DNA of 64,000 nt from the human T2T-CHM13v2.0 reference genome, Homo sapiens. Shown here in pieces: positions 17,780 through 34,316 of the stretch. The stretch is taken from the NCBI RefSeq assembly GCF_009914755.1, contig NC_060932.1. One strand, written 5' to 3'. Numbering within the stretch: the stretch's first letter is position 1; the number at the start of each line of letters is the position of its first letter. A program made the position numbers and the translations under genes. Under the pieces are notes generated by a model that was not told the origin of the DNA, did not search any database, and saw nothing but the letters and a program-made list of their open reading frames with translations.

Positions 17780-19480
17780 ATTCATTTGTGTATTATTCAA
17801 AAAAATATTTATTGACCGGCTACTATGTTGCAGGTGCTGGAGACAGAGCAATGAACAAAACAGGTAAAATCGTCACTCTCATGTAACTTACATTTATTAG
17901 GAAAAGACAGAAAATAAGTAAGATAAATAATCAAAATAGGTAGTATGTAATATAGATGGGGAGATATGGTGAAAGCTTGAGAAAGGGGCCTTCTGATTGC
18001 TTCTACTCCCTCAGCAAGAGAGGAAGCAACATCATTTGCTGAAGGTGAAGGTCAGGGAGAAGATGGTGGAGGTTTCAGGAGAGAAGAGAACGCGTGATAT
18101 GATTATGTATGAGAGTAGGAGAGTAAATCAACTAAGGAAATGCAGAGTGATTGTCCTGAAACACTGAGGACCCACTTGAGGTTATTAGTCACGAGTTAAT
18201 GTATGTTAAGTCCCCAGGGTTGAGGGTACTTTGGTTGGTTGGTTTTGTTTTTTGCAGCCAAATTCAACTGCACAGCTACACACAGGGGGTTAACAGAAGG
18301 ATTTAATTGAGCTTGGGATTTGCCAGGTGTATTCATTTGTTAGGGCTGCCATAAGAAAATAACACAGACTGGGCAGCTTAAACAACAGAAACGAATTTTC
18401 TCCTAGTTCCGAAGGCCAGAAATCCAAGATCAAGATGCCACCAGGGTTGGTTTTTCCTGAGTGCCATCTCCTTGGCTTGTACATGGCTGTTTACTCACTG
18501 TGTCGTCACACGGCTTTTCTCTGTGTGTCTCTTCCTGGTCTCATAAGCACACCAATCATATTGGATTAGGGTCCCATCCTCATTACCTCATCTAACCTTA
18601 ATAATCTTCTTAAAGACCCTATCTCCAACAAAAGTCATGCTGGGAGTTAAAGCTTCACTGTATAAATGTTGGTGGTAGCTGGGGAGACTCGAGTCAGTCC
18701 ATGACACCAGATGAGTTTGAAGAAGAAAGAGGGAGCAGGTAAGTGGAAGCTCAGTGCAAAGGAGTGATTGAAATTATGGAGCCTGGGATTTAAGGTAAGG
18801 AAATGAAATACCCAAGGTGAGTAAGAGACAGTAGGTTTAATGCTTCTCCTTATCTCTGTGGTAAGGGTCAAATAATTGTTCACGAGAGAGTATTAGCTGG
18901 AAACACAGGAGTGGGTGATTGGAGAACAGAGTGCTTACTGTTGACTTGTAGAGGGATGGCAGTTATTGGTAATAACAATATTTGACCATGGGAGAGTCAG
19001 TGGCTGAGACAAGGCCAGGGACAAGAACACTGGGAGGAAACAGGTCAAATAATCCAGATGCCAGGTTGTTACAAGGATCATCATTGAAACCATGAACAGT
19101 TATGAGAGGAGTAGTGTTGAAAAGAATGGAAATGGACCACGACCTCAAAAATCTTCAAGAAATGGAGGGAAGTGGCCTGGGACAGTGAGTGACTGTACTG
19201 AAGAGCGTTGTTCTTATGACGTGGCCGCTGAGCTGGGGTGCTGATGGCCCGGCCACGGTCATGAGAAGGGGGAGGACACCAACCTGATTTCCAGGACTAC
19301 AGGTTAAGTGGGGGAAGGAGAGAAAATAGAGGGCCCTGGACAGGGATTTGAGGAAGCAGTGTCCTCAGAAATAGCCAGGTTGCAGTAAGAGCAGAAAGTA
19401 GATGGAAATGTCCAGAGAGGAAATCAGACGTGGTGGGGTTCTGCTGCGAACTCAGGGCACAGGAAAATTGTTTTAGAAAT
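17780..19480 (-). mobile_element. L2 element (degraded), split by MLT1
   Basis: aatatttattga..ctactatgttgcaggtgctggagacagagcaatgaacaa antisense 3' end; purine-rich body; far boundary uncertain. Confidence 0.55.
18328..18706 (-). mobile_element. MaLR solo LTR (MLT1A/B-like)
   Basis: tgtatt...agggctgccataa...cttaaacaacagaaa; ends gaca; TSD ccagg/ccaga. Confidence 0.88.
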
Positions 19481-19492
19481 TAGGGACAGGTG

Positions 19493-19783
19493 GGCCAGGC
19501 GCGGTGGCTCATGCCTGTAATCCCAGCACTTTGGGAGGCCGAGATGGGTGGATCACGAGGTCAGGAGGTCAATACCAACCTGGCCAAGATGTTGAAACCC
19601 CGTCTCTACTAAAAATACAAAAAAAATTAGCTGGGTGTGGTGGCAGGTGCCTGTATTCCCAGCTACTCAGGAGGCTGAGGCAGAGAATTGCTTGAACCCA
19701 AGAAGCGGAGGTTGCAGTGAGATGAGATCGCACCACTACACTGCAGCCTGGGCGACAGAGTGACACTCGGTCTCAAAAAAAAA
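19493..19783 (+). mobile_element. Alu SINE (AluS)
   Basis: Dimer; TSD ~agaaatta. Confidence 0.95.
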
Positions 19784-20162
19784 GAAATTAAGGATGGGTG
19801 AGGTGTTGGGTCAGAAATGGGATATAAGGACCGAATATGAGAGTAAGAGTTCAAGTAACAAGGGGAGTCTGGGTTTCTTGAGGTGATTGATCTGAACAGG
19901 GATAAAAGTCATGACGGAAATTAGCACTGATGATTCCAAGGAAGACACTGGAGGTGAAGCTGGGAGGGTGGGGAGGAGGGTGCTGGGAGACTGAAGCTAG
20001 TAGAAGAGGGAGCTGTGACATGAGCAATTAGAGTTTTGGGGTGGTTTTTAAACTCCTGCCGACGGAGGTGTAGAGGCCAGGTGAGAGAGGCAGTCATATG
20101 TGTTGCAAATTCTTTTTTTCTCAGATTGTCTTTTGACTTTATTAAAATATATTTATATTATA

Positions 20163-20474
20163 GGCTGGGCACAGTGGCTCACACCTGTAATCCCAGCACT
20201 TCGGGAGGCCGAGATGGGTGGATCACAAGGTCAGGGGCTCGAGACCATCCTGGCTAACATGGTGAAACCTCGTTTCTACTAAAAATACAAAAAATTAGCT
20301 GGGTGTGGTGGCGTGTGCCTGTATTACCAGCTACTCAGGCGGCTGAGGCAGGAGAAATCGCTTGAACTCGGGAGGCGGAGGTTGCAGTGAACCGAGACTG
20401 CGCCACCGCACTCCAGCCTGGGTGACAGAGCAAGACTCCGTCTCAAAAAAAAAAAAAAACCAGAAAACAAAAAA
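20163..20474 (+). mobile_element. Alu SINE (AluSc/Y-like)
   Basis: Dimer with A tail. Confidence 0.95.
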
Positions 20475-20516
20475 CATAATTACATTATATATTAATACAT
20501 ATTTACGAGGTTTTAC

Positions 20517-20821
20517 TTTTTTGTTTTTTTTAATTTGAGACAGGGTCTTGCTTTGTCATCCAGACTGGAGTGCAGTGGTGTGAACATGGCTCACTGCAGC
20601 TTCAAACTCCCGGGCTCTAGTGATCTTCCCAACTCTTAGCTTCCTGAGTCGCTGGGAATACAGGCATGCGCCACCACGCCTGGCTAATATTTTGGAGTTT
20701 TTATAAAGACAGGGTTTCACTATGCTTCCCAGGCTGGTCTCAAACTCCTGGACTCAAGTGATCTGGCCACCTTGGTCTCCTAAAGTGCTGGGATTAAAGG
20801 CATGAGCCAACATGCCTGGCC
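20517..20821 (-). mobile_element. Alu SINE (AluJ-like)
   Basis: Diverged reverse dimer, tail-to-tail with the previous Alu. Confidence 0.93.
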
Positions 20822-21596
20822 ACCATTTTTACTTTTTATAATGTCAAACTTATCAATCTTTTTTTCTTTATGGCTTTTAGTATATTTTACGCTTAGGAAT
20901 TCTTCCCTAATCCAAAATTATAATTACTTTTTTAAAAAAATAAAAACATTTTTAGATGATTTGTTTTAGTATTTTGATTTTCCATCTGGAGTCTACTTTG
21001 GATAAATGAGTACGCAGGAATCTAAATCTCTTATTTTTTTCTACATGGCCAGCTTAATGCTCCAACACCATGTTTTGAAATACCCCAAGTTGCCCTTTGA
21101 ATTTTTATTTATCACAAATTCAAGTCTTTCCCTCTTTATTACTAACCAGTCTTGCACTAAGATTTTCAGTTCACAGGCTTATTTAACATTTCTGTGCTCT
21201 AGGCCTTCTGTCTCTCTGTTTATCATAAAAATCTGAAAGCAAATGTCTTTTGCCTTTAAAATCCAGATGTATCCTTGAACCTTAGGCATTTAGGAGGGTT
21301 TGGATGTATCTGGTCCTGGGGCATTCGTGGTAATCCTGCCATTTGTGCTTTGGGAGCAAAGATGGTAAGATAGCCCCTGAAGGAAAATCCTCTCGGTCAG
21401 TATTCTCTTTCCTAATGACTTGATTTTGATCAATATACTTTCTCCAGAAGAATGGTGGAATGCAGAGCCATGGGAAAATGGGAATATGATATTCATCAGT
21501 CCATTTATTGAACAGCAACTCCAATAGATGTTTATACTGCAAAATCCTATTGTAGGTATTTTTAGATTCAACCAGGAAGCCATCCAGATCAAGTAA

Positions 21597-21984
<388 letters not shown>

Positions 21985-22789
21985 TAAGTACCTCCTTAAA
22001 CTTACATGACTTTTGATTTTGAAAAAGAGGATGGAACACCAAGCAGCATTGCCCTAGAGAAAGGAGTAACAGGCCTGCCTCATTGACACTTGCCATCCAC
22101 CCGGTCAGGCAGGAGCTGTGCTCTCAATTCCCTTCCCACACTCTTGTTCACCCCTCATGTTCTGCAGTCTCACTGTGGTCTCACTGAGTCCAGCAGGAAG
22201 ACCCTTATGATGCGTGGTCTAGATGGCCTTTCCGATTCCCATTCCAACATGCAAATGAGAATATGCTTAGAAAGTTCTCGCGGCTCCCCACTGGGTGCAG
22301 AATGAAGCCCAAGCCCTGGAGCCTGGTAGGCTAGATTCTTCCCACTCTGACACTAACCTACGTTCTAGCTGGATCTGCTACTGTTCTCCTCCACGGACCC
22401 TCCCATTTATTTCTGCCTGACAGCTTGGCCACATGTTGTCATATCTCAAGCCTTGTTTACTGAGTTCCCCATTCCTGTAATACAATCCCTTGCAATCCCT
22501 GAATTGCAAAAGGTTGTAATGCTGGAATGCCCCCATCCACATCCCAAACCAGGGAAATATGACAGATCCTGTAAGGCTCATCTAAAGAGAGCCTTCTCTA
22601 TGCCCTCAGGCAGAATCCGTCTCTTCCTCATGAGTACTTCGTTTATATCATGATTAAAACAGAGCTTGCCATTTCTTTGAGAGTTGATTAAGACCCTAGC
22701 TTTACTGCTATAATGGGGTTGCTTCAGTCGCAAAATCGTAGCTAAACCTTTTGTCTCCAGCATAGTTGCTCTGTGGTGAGCATTTTCCA

Positions 22790-23245
<456 letters not shown>

Positions 23246-23339
23246 AAGCCTGTGGATGAGTAAAAGAACCAGTCCATGTGCTGGATGCAACTTGGTGACT
23301 TCTCCCAAAAAGAAATGTCCTTGTGTAAATGTCCTTGTC

Positions 23340-23500
23340 CTGCTTACAGTCTGTGTGACCTTGGGCAAGTTACCGAATATCTCTGAGTCTTCGGGTGTAC
23401 ATCTGTGAAACTAAGATAATGAGCTGCTTAACTACCTCACAGGGCTTTGGAGAGGATTAAATGAAATAATGTATGCAAAATACATAAAGGCTGGCAGAAG
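23340..23500 (+). mobile_element. MIR SINE
   Basis: ctgtgtgaccttgggcaagtta...aggattaaatga. Confidence 0.85.
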
Positions 23501-24279
23501 TCAGTAACAGACACCTTCTCTTCCCTTTTCCCTCATTGCCTATTCCACAAAGACCACAAACTCTCCTACAAGGCGTGTCCGGTTGCCCTGACCAGAGACG
23601 AAACCGTGCAGAGGCTGTGGAGATAAATAACCAATGGAATGATGAGTTTGGGCAGAATTAACCGTAGCTCATGCTGCTTCCCACGCAGATCCCAAGTGAA
23701 TAATGATCTGAAATATACCATACCATTGTTTTTAACTTCCATACTCATTTTGGGGGAAGAAATGGCCTCATAGAATCCTATAAAACAGGAGACATAACTA
23801 CAAATGATCTCTTGCTTGTCCTAAAGGGACTATCTCTTCTTGCCACAACATCCCAGAGTTTGGTCACTGGCTTTCAAAATCAAAAGAACAACAACACCTT
23901 AGAGATTTTTTTTTTTTAATTCACATCACTCATACTCTTATCAAATAACTTTGATGGTCTCTGTTGCGGTGATACAATTGCAGATCCCATGACTGCTGAG
24001 AAGGTGGGTAAGGAAAACCGTCACAACACTTTTGAGGGTGTGGCTTTATGGAACTTTGGGGGTATCTTTATTTGACTCAACTTTCAGGTATCTAGTGTAT
24101 GTTTGGCACCTCCTACATGTGAAGGGTTACAGGGTGAGGTTGAGAGTTGCTCTTTCCAAACTCTTCTAGTACAGTGGCAGAGGTGAAGAGGCAAACCACA
24201 GCAATGAATGCAGAGTGGCTGGTGATTTGAGATAGGTCAACACAGTGTCAGAGGAGTGCAAGAAGAAATGCCCAGCTCA

Positions 24280-24825
<546 letters not shown>

Positions 24826-25655
24826 TCACATTGTGGGCACTCAGTAATTTTGCGAAATGACTAAGTGATACATAGAACGTGTACATCAGTGACTAACAAG
24901 GCAGGGTGGCAGAAAGAAGAGTATTTGATACACTCTAAGTCTCATATCAAAGAAATGCTTATCACGTTGTCAAGGAAATTCTGTGGTGTTTTGTGTTGAA
25001 GAGATTTTCCCTTTCTGCTTTCCTATCTATTTAGTGAAGGACTATCGTTCCAACAACAGAGGTAGAAGTCCAGGCCGTGGGAGTGAAATCCTACCCAATA
25101 AAAGCCTATTTGGCAAAAGGAAGTAGGGGAAATGTTACGGAAAATCTTTCTGAGTCTTTTTCTCTGGGTCCATAAGCACAACATTGTACAATGTGCTTCT
25201 CTGGGCCCCCAGCTGCATTGTTTATGGAATCACTGCTTCCTATCCTTACTCTAAAGTCCTTCCCCAAAACACCTTTGCCCTTTGTCTGACCTTCAAAGCA
25301 ATGCAGGGCCTCTCCAATGAATGTCTTAGGCTATAGCCCAAATGCAAAATGCCTTTCCTTTTTTATTTATTAAGGATGCCATTTGTCATAGATGACTGTC
25401 TGCTAATGCATACTATTGGCTTTAATTGGATTGGATTCTCCATTATGCCACAAATATTTATTAAACAGCTTTTATGAACAAGGGAGGACATTATTAATTT
25501 TCCTTTAGATGGCAGAGGAAACCTGTTGTCATATGAAGTTCCGCTAACTGAGTTCGAGTCCTGCCTCTACCATCCATGACTGGCTACCATCCATGATCTG
25601 GGCTGCTGAGCATCTTACTTTGAACATCTGTAAAGTTCAGATATTCACTGGATCT

Positions 25656-25709
25656 TGGCCTGTGGCCTAACTGTGCCTTAGGTGGCCTGTGGCCTAACTG
25701 TGCCTTAGG
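25656..25709. repeat. 27-bp perfect tandem duplication
   Basis: tggcctgtggcctaactgtgccttagg x2. Confidence 0.95.
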
Positions 25710-25884
25710 GGATATTTGGGGATCTGTGGGAGTGTATGGGACCATTACAAGGACTGCAGGTTGCTACTGGCATTTAGTGCCTGGGACCAGGGATGATAAT
25801 GCCATGGATTATGGGGCCCAGTTCCCTACCACAAGAACATATTCTGACCAAGATTGTAACTGTGTCTCCACTGAGAAACACTGA
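25705..25884 (+). mobile_element. MER20-like hAT-Charlie DNA transposon fragment
   Basis: tgctactggcatttagtg...ccagggatg...tgagaaacactg. Confidence 0.7.
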
Positions 25885-26929
25885 CTGAACTCATCCCCAG
25901 CTTCAGTGTTCCTTAATTTCAGAAGCGACTGAGAGGCAAATTATAGTTCTGCTAACTCTCACAAAGTCAACAAGCAGTGATGTTAAATATAGGCAAGCCA
26001 CTGGCAAGATGCCTTCCAAGGAGCAAGAACAAAAGAAATGGGAGTATGAAATACTGGTGGACTTTGCAATGCATGCTGGCAAATAAGTTGCTAAAATACC
26101 ATTCATTTTGTAGCACATTTTCTATTAATTATCTTAGACACTTTGTAAAGCAATAGCTTGAACGCCACATGGAATATTAATTCTGCTAATGAATTCAGTG
26201 ACTGTGTTTTCCCCAGCTTGTCTCCCGAAGCTTATCTTCATACTGCTTCAGTTCACATGAAAGAGCCATAGACTTGGTAAGCTTGCCTTCACACCATTGA
26301 ATTTCTTTTATTACAAAAGAGCTATATACTCCAGACTTACTGCTGCCTAATGATTTCATTTTGCCATTAAAGCTAATTGTCAATAAGGATAATGAAAATG
26401 ACTCCCAGTCATTTTAGTAATTTGAAACATCATGAGCCTCATGGTAGCATGATGCTGGCTGGCAGTACCATCCCGGGCCAGCTCTGTCGCTACTCACAAG
26501 GCATCCCCTCTGGAACAGGTCCGTTCATAGCCCTCTGTGCCTGGTGAGATTATAGGGTTCCAAAGCTGTTCTCAGACAATACAATCTATTTTTAAAACAT
26601 TGACATATGCAAAAAATGTGGTTATTGACCAAATCAACGTTTCAATATCTTTCTCCCATGTCGCTCAGTTCGAGCGTATTTGAACCAACCTGCTCTTCTC
26701 ACGTTTGGGAGTGGGGCTAGGAGTGGAATTTCGGGGGTTTTGTTTTCCCTGGTTTTTAGGGCTACCTGGCCTCATTTCCTTATTTTCTCTGGACTCGGGT
26801 ATCCATTAGCCTTACCACATTAGATGTGAGCCGTGTGGGGCAGGCTCCCTTACCACAACCAAACCTGGATTTTGTTTTGAGCAGCCATGAGTGCAGCTGC
26901 AGGTGATGATGGATGGTGATTGGTCATGA

Positions 26930-27325
26930 TCAGTTATGACAAGCCTGTTCCCTCATTTTCTAGCCTCTCTTGCAGAGAAAATTTGCTGTGTTAACTAGCT
27001 CTGGCCAATGAGATCTTGAAATCTAAAGGGAATTCTTCTGGAGGGATTTCTGAGAAAGCTTCACTTTATCTGACAACAAACAAACAAACAAAAGGAGAGA
27101 ACAGATGAGGCTTCGCCTTTCCCCTTGAGTGTGAACATAATGCCTGGAGATGCAGCAGCCATTTGTGACTAGTAGGTGGAGCAGAATAATATAAATAATC
27201 TCATTTCTTGATGGCGTCTTTCAGCACCTGTCTTGACTACCTGTCCAACTCAGGACTCCTTGGAATGTGAAAAAAATCAACCCCTATTTGTCTACATCAT
27301 TATAGTGAAATATTATTTTATTCAC
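26930..27325 (+). mobile_element. Old ERVL LTR (LTR33/LTR16-like)
   Basis: tctggccaatgagat; atgcctggagatgcagcagccattt. Confidence 0.6.
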
Positions 27326-27394
27326 AAATATAAACCTTATTGACCTTTTTTCCTCTACATACACCTTTTTTCCTATACCTATACCTATACCTAT

Positions 27395-28142
<748 letters not shown>

Positions 28143-28260
28143 TATGGAAAAAGAAGACAAGCAAAAAAAAAAGAGAGAGAGAGAGAGAAAAAGAGAAAGA
28201 AGAAAGGTACAATCCCACCCACCCTTAGTAAACACTCCCAAACACTTAATATAAGTTCCT

Positions 28261-28369
28261 GGCCTCTGGAGCTTCTGTGCAAGAGTTTTTGTGCTTTGGG
28301 TCATGTGGTTCTGCAACCCTGGCCATTGCTGGGAATCAGGTGTCTGTGACGGTCCCAAAGGCAGAAATA
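28261..28369 (+). repeat. Donor of a 109-bp local duplication (copy at 31224-31332)
   Basis: 103/109 identical, ungapped. Confidence 0.95.
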
Positions 28370-28880
28370 CACAGATTGGACACCAGGAAGCCAGAGGTCT
28401 CTGAAATGATTTGGTGTGAGAAATTTAACCAGAAAGGGTGCTCTATCCTGAGTGATTTGGTTCCTTCTTTTGGAGCTAGGACAGAAGAAAAACAAAGCTA
28501 GATGTGAATAGTAGAGAAGCACAGAGGTGAAGAAATACAGAGAGGAAGCAGTGAGCCAAGGCCATGGGGCAGTAGGAGTAGGGAGTAAGCAGAAACCATG
28601 GGTTAGAGAGCAGGCCGAGAGGCGTGTGTAGTCATTTGGCAGTGGCCAAAGTTAGGGAAAGACCAAAAGGAACTGCATCCTGTGGGTAATAGAATAAAGC
28701 CGGGAGCTCTAAGGCGATGACAAGGCAAGCTGTCACACGGCCATCTATTCCTGGTTTGCCAGATGGGAGCATAGAGCCACTGCTGTGTTCTGAACAGGAT
28801 GAGGTCACTGCAGTTCCATAAAGCCTGAATGCACCTCATTCAAAGTTTCCTTTTCATTCTTCCTCTTGCATGTCGTCTGA

Positions 28881-29325
<445 letters not shown>

Positions 29326-29699
29326 GTTTGTTAGTATTTTAAATGGGAGCAGCCATTTGTCCTGTTTGGTAATATTTCCTCCTTACATATGAGTGTATCA
29401 TGAATATCTTACCATATTAATGAATATAACTCTATCATTTTTAATTGTGTATTGGATACTTGCAGAAAACTTCCCCTTCTCTCCTAGCATACAGAGAAAT
29501 AGCAGATAAGATAATAACAGGATATTAAAATGAGCTGTGCTCCAAAATAGGAAAGGGAATCATCATGGACAAAAATAGAGGGATCCCAAAGTATTTTTTT
29601 TTTTTTAAATAGCAGTGAGGAGAGGCTGAAACTTTGTAGTTCAATGGGAACCAGAAATCCACACCATTCTCTCTCAAGCTGGGAACCAGATTCCTGTGA

Positions 29700-30715
29700 C
29701 TTTAGGTCTGAGGCTGTGTTAGATACTCCTACCAGTCAGGAAACCACAAAGATCTTAGGAGCTCTGTGTCAGGAACTGGGATCAAAGACTGAATATCAGA
29801 ACAAAGATTCTTCCAGTGCTCTCTACTAGGGTTCTAGGAACTTTATGTTAGGAACCAGGGGCAGAGATCAAATATATATTGTTGTGATTTTTCCTCTAAT
29901 TTCAGTCTTGAGGTCTCTCTTTGGAAATTGACTATAAACTCTAGCCCTGCCCTGATTGGAATCCAAGGAGTTTGGTCATGGATGTTTACAGTGTGCCTTT
30001 GGTGGGATAATTCTTTATCCTGGTGGATGGCTTAATGTCTAAGTGTCCAACCTGTGACCAGATGTCCCTTTCACAGGAAACCTGTTTATATTGGCAGATG
30101 CCCTTGTGGTTCTCCTCTGACTTGTGTCCAGTTTATTCTTACTCTGGTAGCCACTCTCTAGGAGAGCTCTGACTGGGAAAGAAGTCAGGTTCAGGTGTGT
30201 TGGTCAGGTGAGACAGAGGAAGCAGCACAAAAAAAAACATAGGGAGTAACAGAAGCAGTGTGTTCCTTACAGATCCATGAAAGAAGAGGGATGCTGATGA
30301 AAGACAAGCAGAAGATTGCAGAGGGAGGGACAGGAGGAGACTGGAGGTGGGGGTGCTTGGGGGAGAGGCCAGGCATCATCATGCTCAACCAGCAGGTAGC
30401 AAGTGAGAGAGAAAGAGAGAGAGAGACAGACAGAGAGACAGAGAGAGAGACAGGGCAAATCTGTGTGCCAAAATCTTTACTGGGGTCCAGGGCTTTACCC
30501 AAGTGGTTTTCCTGTGAGGAGTTCTAATTGGTGGGTTTAGAGAAAGTGGACCTGAGTCTGTAGGGACCATACTGTGACTTTGTACTTAGGAGTGCTCACT
30601 GTAGCATATCTACACCGTCTATGAGGTTGTGGGATCATGGGATGAGTCTGGTATGTTGAATCTATATGTCCCTTAGGGAGATGGTTGTACAGGGCAGGTA
30701 TCTGGATTGACCACA
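29700..30715. mobile_element. Mosaic of old LTRs (MER21-like, then MER74/MER54-like)
   Basis: aggagctctgtgtcaggaac..gggcagagatcaaatatatatt; tgcccttgtgg..tgtgtccagtttattc. Confidence 0.55.
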
Positions 30716-31223
30716 TGATCTATCCTACAGCATGTTCCATGTGCGCTTGAGAAGAATGTGTATTCTGCTGCTTCTGGGTAGAATCTTCCTGTATGTCTGT
30801 TAGGTCCATTTGGTCTAAAGTGTCATTCATGTCCTCTATGACCTCATTCATCTTCTGTCTGAAAGTTTTATCCAATATTGAAAATGGAGCATTGAAATCT
30901 CCTATTATTATTGTGAGGCTCTCTATTTCTCCTTCAGTTCTGCCAATGTTTGCCTCATATATTTGGGTGCCCTGAGGCTGGGTCCATATTTACTTATAGT
31001 TATTATTGTCTTCCTAGTGAATTTATCCTTTTATCATTGAATAATATCCTAATTTTTCTGTGGTAATTTTTGATTATTTTGTCTGATGTAAGTGTGCTCT
31101 CTTTGGATTCCATTTGCATAGAACATCTTTTCCAGCCTTCCACTTTGGCCTATGTGTGTTCTTAAATCTACAGTGAATCCTTCATAGACAGTTCCAGTGC
31201 TCCAGGTACCTGTCATGCTTCTA

Positions 31224-31332
31224 GGCCTCTGGAGCTTTTGTGTAAGAGTTTTTGTGTTTTGGGTCATGTAGTTCTGCAACCCTGGCCATTGCTGGGAACC
31301 AGGTGTCTGTGACTGTCCCAAAGGCAGAAATA
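31224..31332 (+). repeat. Inserted copy of 28261-28369 inside the L1
   Basis: L1 sequence tagacag|...|cgtatagttggatcttg resumes after the insert. Confidence 0.92.
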
Positions 31333-31778
31333 GATAGCGTATAGTTGGATCTTGTTTGTTTTATTAAAAATTCATTCAGCCATGATGTATGTCTTTTGAT
31401 TGAGAAGTTTAATCCATTTACATTTAAATTTATTACTTGTATGTAGGGATTTCTATTGCCATTTCATTAATTATTTTCTGTCTTGTGGCTTTTTTGTTCA
31501 TCTTTTCCTCTCCTACTGTATTCCTTTGTATGTTGATTTTTTTTTTGTAGTGACCTGCTTTGTTTCCTTTCTCATTTTCCTTTGTGTACCTTCTATAGGT
31601 ATTTTATGTGGAGTTACCATGGAACTTACATAAAACATCTTATAATAACAATCAATTTTAAGCTGGTAACAATCTAACTGTAATTGTATACAAAAACACT
31701 ACTCTTTTACTTCTCTCTAGTTCTATACTGTGTTATTAAAATCACAAATGACAGCTTTTAGGAGTGTGTGTCCTTTAA

Positions 31779-32130
<352 letters not shown>

Positions 32131-32596
32131 TTCTATTTCAGCTTCTACACTGGAATTAAAAGTGATTTATAACTACCATTACAATATGAAAGTATTCTGT
32201 ATTTCATACATTTACTTTTACCAGTATGTGTTATACTTTCATATGACTTCATTTTGCTGTCTGACTTCCTTTCATTTCAAGTTGAACAACTTCCTCTAGC
32301 CTTTCTTGTAGGGCCGATCTAGTGGTAATGAACTCTTCCCTACATTCCAATGAATGTAGGGAAAGTCTTTATTTCTCCTTCAATTTTGAAGGATAGTTTT
32401 GTCATCCTCTTTAGAATTAGTAATACACAAATAGTATTGTTGGTTTGCAGTTTTTTTCTTTCAGTACTTTGAGTATATCATCCCACTGCCTTCTGGCCTG
32501 CAAGGTTTCTATCGAGAAATTTACCCATAGTCTTAAATATGTGCCCTCATACGTGATAAATCACTTTTCTCTTGCTGCTTTCAAAATTTTGTCTTT

Positions 32597-32951
<355 letters not shown>

Positions 32952-34034
32952 TCATGTTGACTTCTTTGGGATCATCCTAGTTGGAGTATTTTGGGCTTCT
33001 GAGATCTGAATGTCAATTTCCTTTCCCAGATTGGAAATTGTCATCTATTTTTCTTAGATGAGCTTTCTGCTTCTTTCTCTCTTTCTTCCTCTTCTGCTGC
33101 TTCCATTATGCATATATTGGTGCTTCTGATGCAGTCCCATAAATTCCTTAGGGAATTTTATTCTGATAAATTTACTCTTTTTATTGTTTTTTCTTTTTGC
33201 TCCTTTGATTAGATCATTTCAAGTGACTTGACTTTGGGTTCCCTGATTTTTTCTTCTGCTTGATCAGGTCTGCTGTTGAGCCTCTCTAGGGAATTTTTTG
33301 ATTCAGTTATTCTATTTTCCAGCTCAAAAATCTGCTTGAATCTTTTAAATATTTTCTACCTCTGTGTTAATGTTCTCATTTTGTTTATGGACCATTTTCT
33401 GGAGCTAATTGAGCATCTTTATGGTGGTTCTTTTAAATTAATTGTAAGGTAATTCACATCTACATTCCTTTAGTGTCAATTTCTGGAGATTGGTTTTGTT
33501 TCTTTGATTGGGCCATGCTTTCCTGTTTTGTCACATGCCTTGTAACAGCCACCTCTCAGTCTTTATGAACTGGCTTCATACAGAGGAAGACCTTCACCAG
33601 TCAGCCTGGCTAGAGACTTTACCAGAATCTCACACCTTCTCTGTAGATATGTCTTCTCTGTCTCTGTGCATGTAAATTCCCAATTAGAAGGATTTTCTGG
33701 TTTCTTTTTTTGGGAGCTCATAATCTATTACTCCTTATGGTGTAAGCCTTCCATACTGAAGTTTCTCTGGAACTGGAATTTCAACAAGCCTCCCAACTCA
33801 GTTTTCTCATCAACAACTTCCAGGCTTCTAGAGTGTGACAGTTCCTGTCAGAGCTTTGAGTCAGATGAGACAGAAACCAGTCTCTTGGGAAACTCCTGGA
33901 AAAGCAGTAACATTGGATACACATTCCAACTCTTTCCCTCCTCAGGGAGAAGCCAGGAGTTGGGAGGTTTTTCCGCTCATTCCATCCTGACATCAATTGA
34001 GTATATGCTAGTCCAAACTTCACATTTGTTTTCT

Positions 34035-34316
34035 GTTTGTTTTTTGAGACAGGGTCTCACTCCGTCACCCAGGCTACAGTGTAGTCACCAATTGCTACCT
34101 CCGCCACGTAGGTTCAAGAAATTCTCCTGCCTCAGCCTCATGAGTAGCTGGGATTACAGGCGTGAAGCACCACGCCCAGCTAATTTTTGTATTTTTAGTA
34201 GAGACAGGGTTTCACCATGTTGGCCAGGCTGATGTCAAACTCCTGACCTCAAGTGATCCGCCCGCCTCGGCCTCCCAAAGTGCTAGGATTACAGGTGTGA
34301 GCCACCGCGCCTGGCC
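34035..34316 (-). mobile_element. Alu SINE (AluS) with small internal deletion
   Basis: TSD ~acatttgtt. Confidence 0.93.

Noticed and set aside
19962-19980. G-quadruplex motif gggagggtggggaggaggg
   Set aside because: Common motif in purine-rich repeat-like DNA with no supporting context.
23635-23715. C/D-box snoRNA-like spacing (ATGATGA ... CTGA, ~74 nt)
   Set aside because: No terminal stem and no rRNA/snRNA guide complementarity that I can recognise; such motif pairs occur by chance.
26660-26685. tRNA/Pol III-like tcgctcagttcgagcg mini-hairpin
   Set aside because: Too short; no cloverleaf and no proper A/B-box spacing.
33666-34232. Longest ORF (188 aa)
   Set aside because: Starts at GTG and spans decayed antisense L1 5' sequence plus an Alu.
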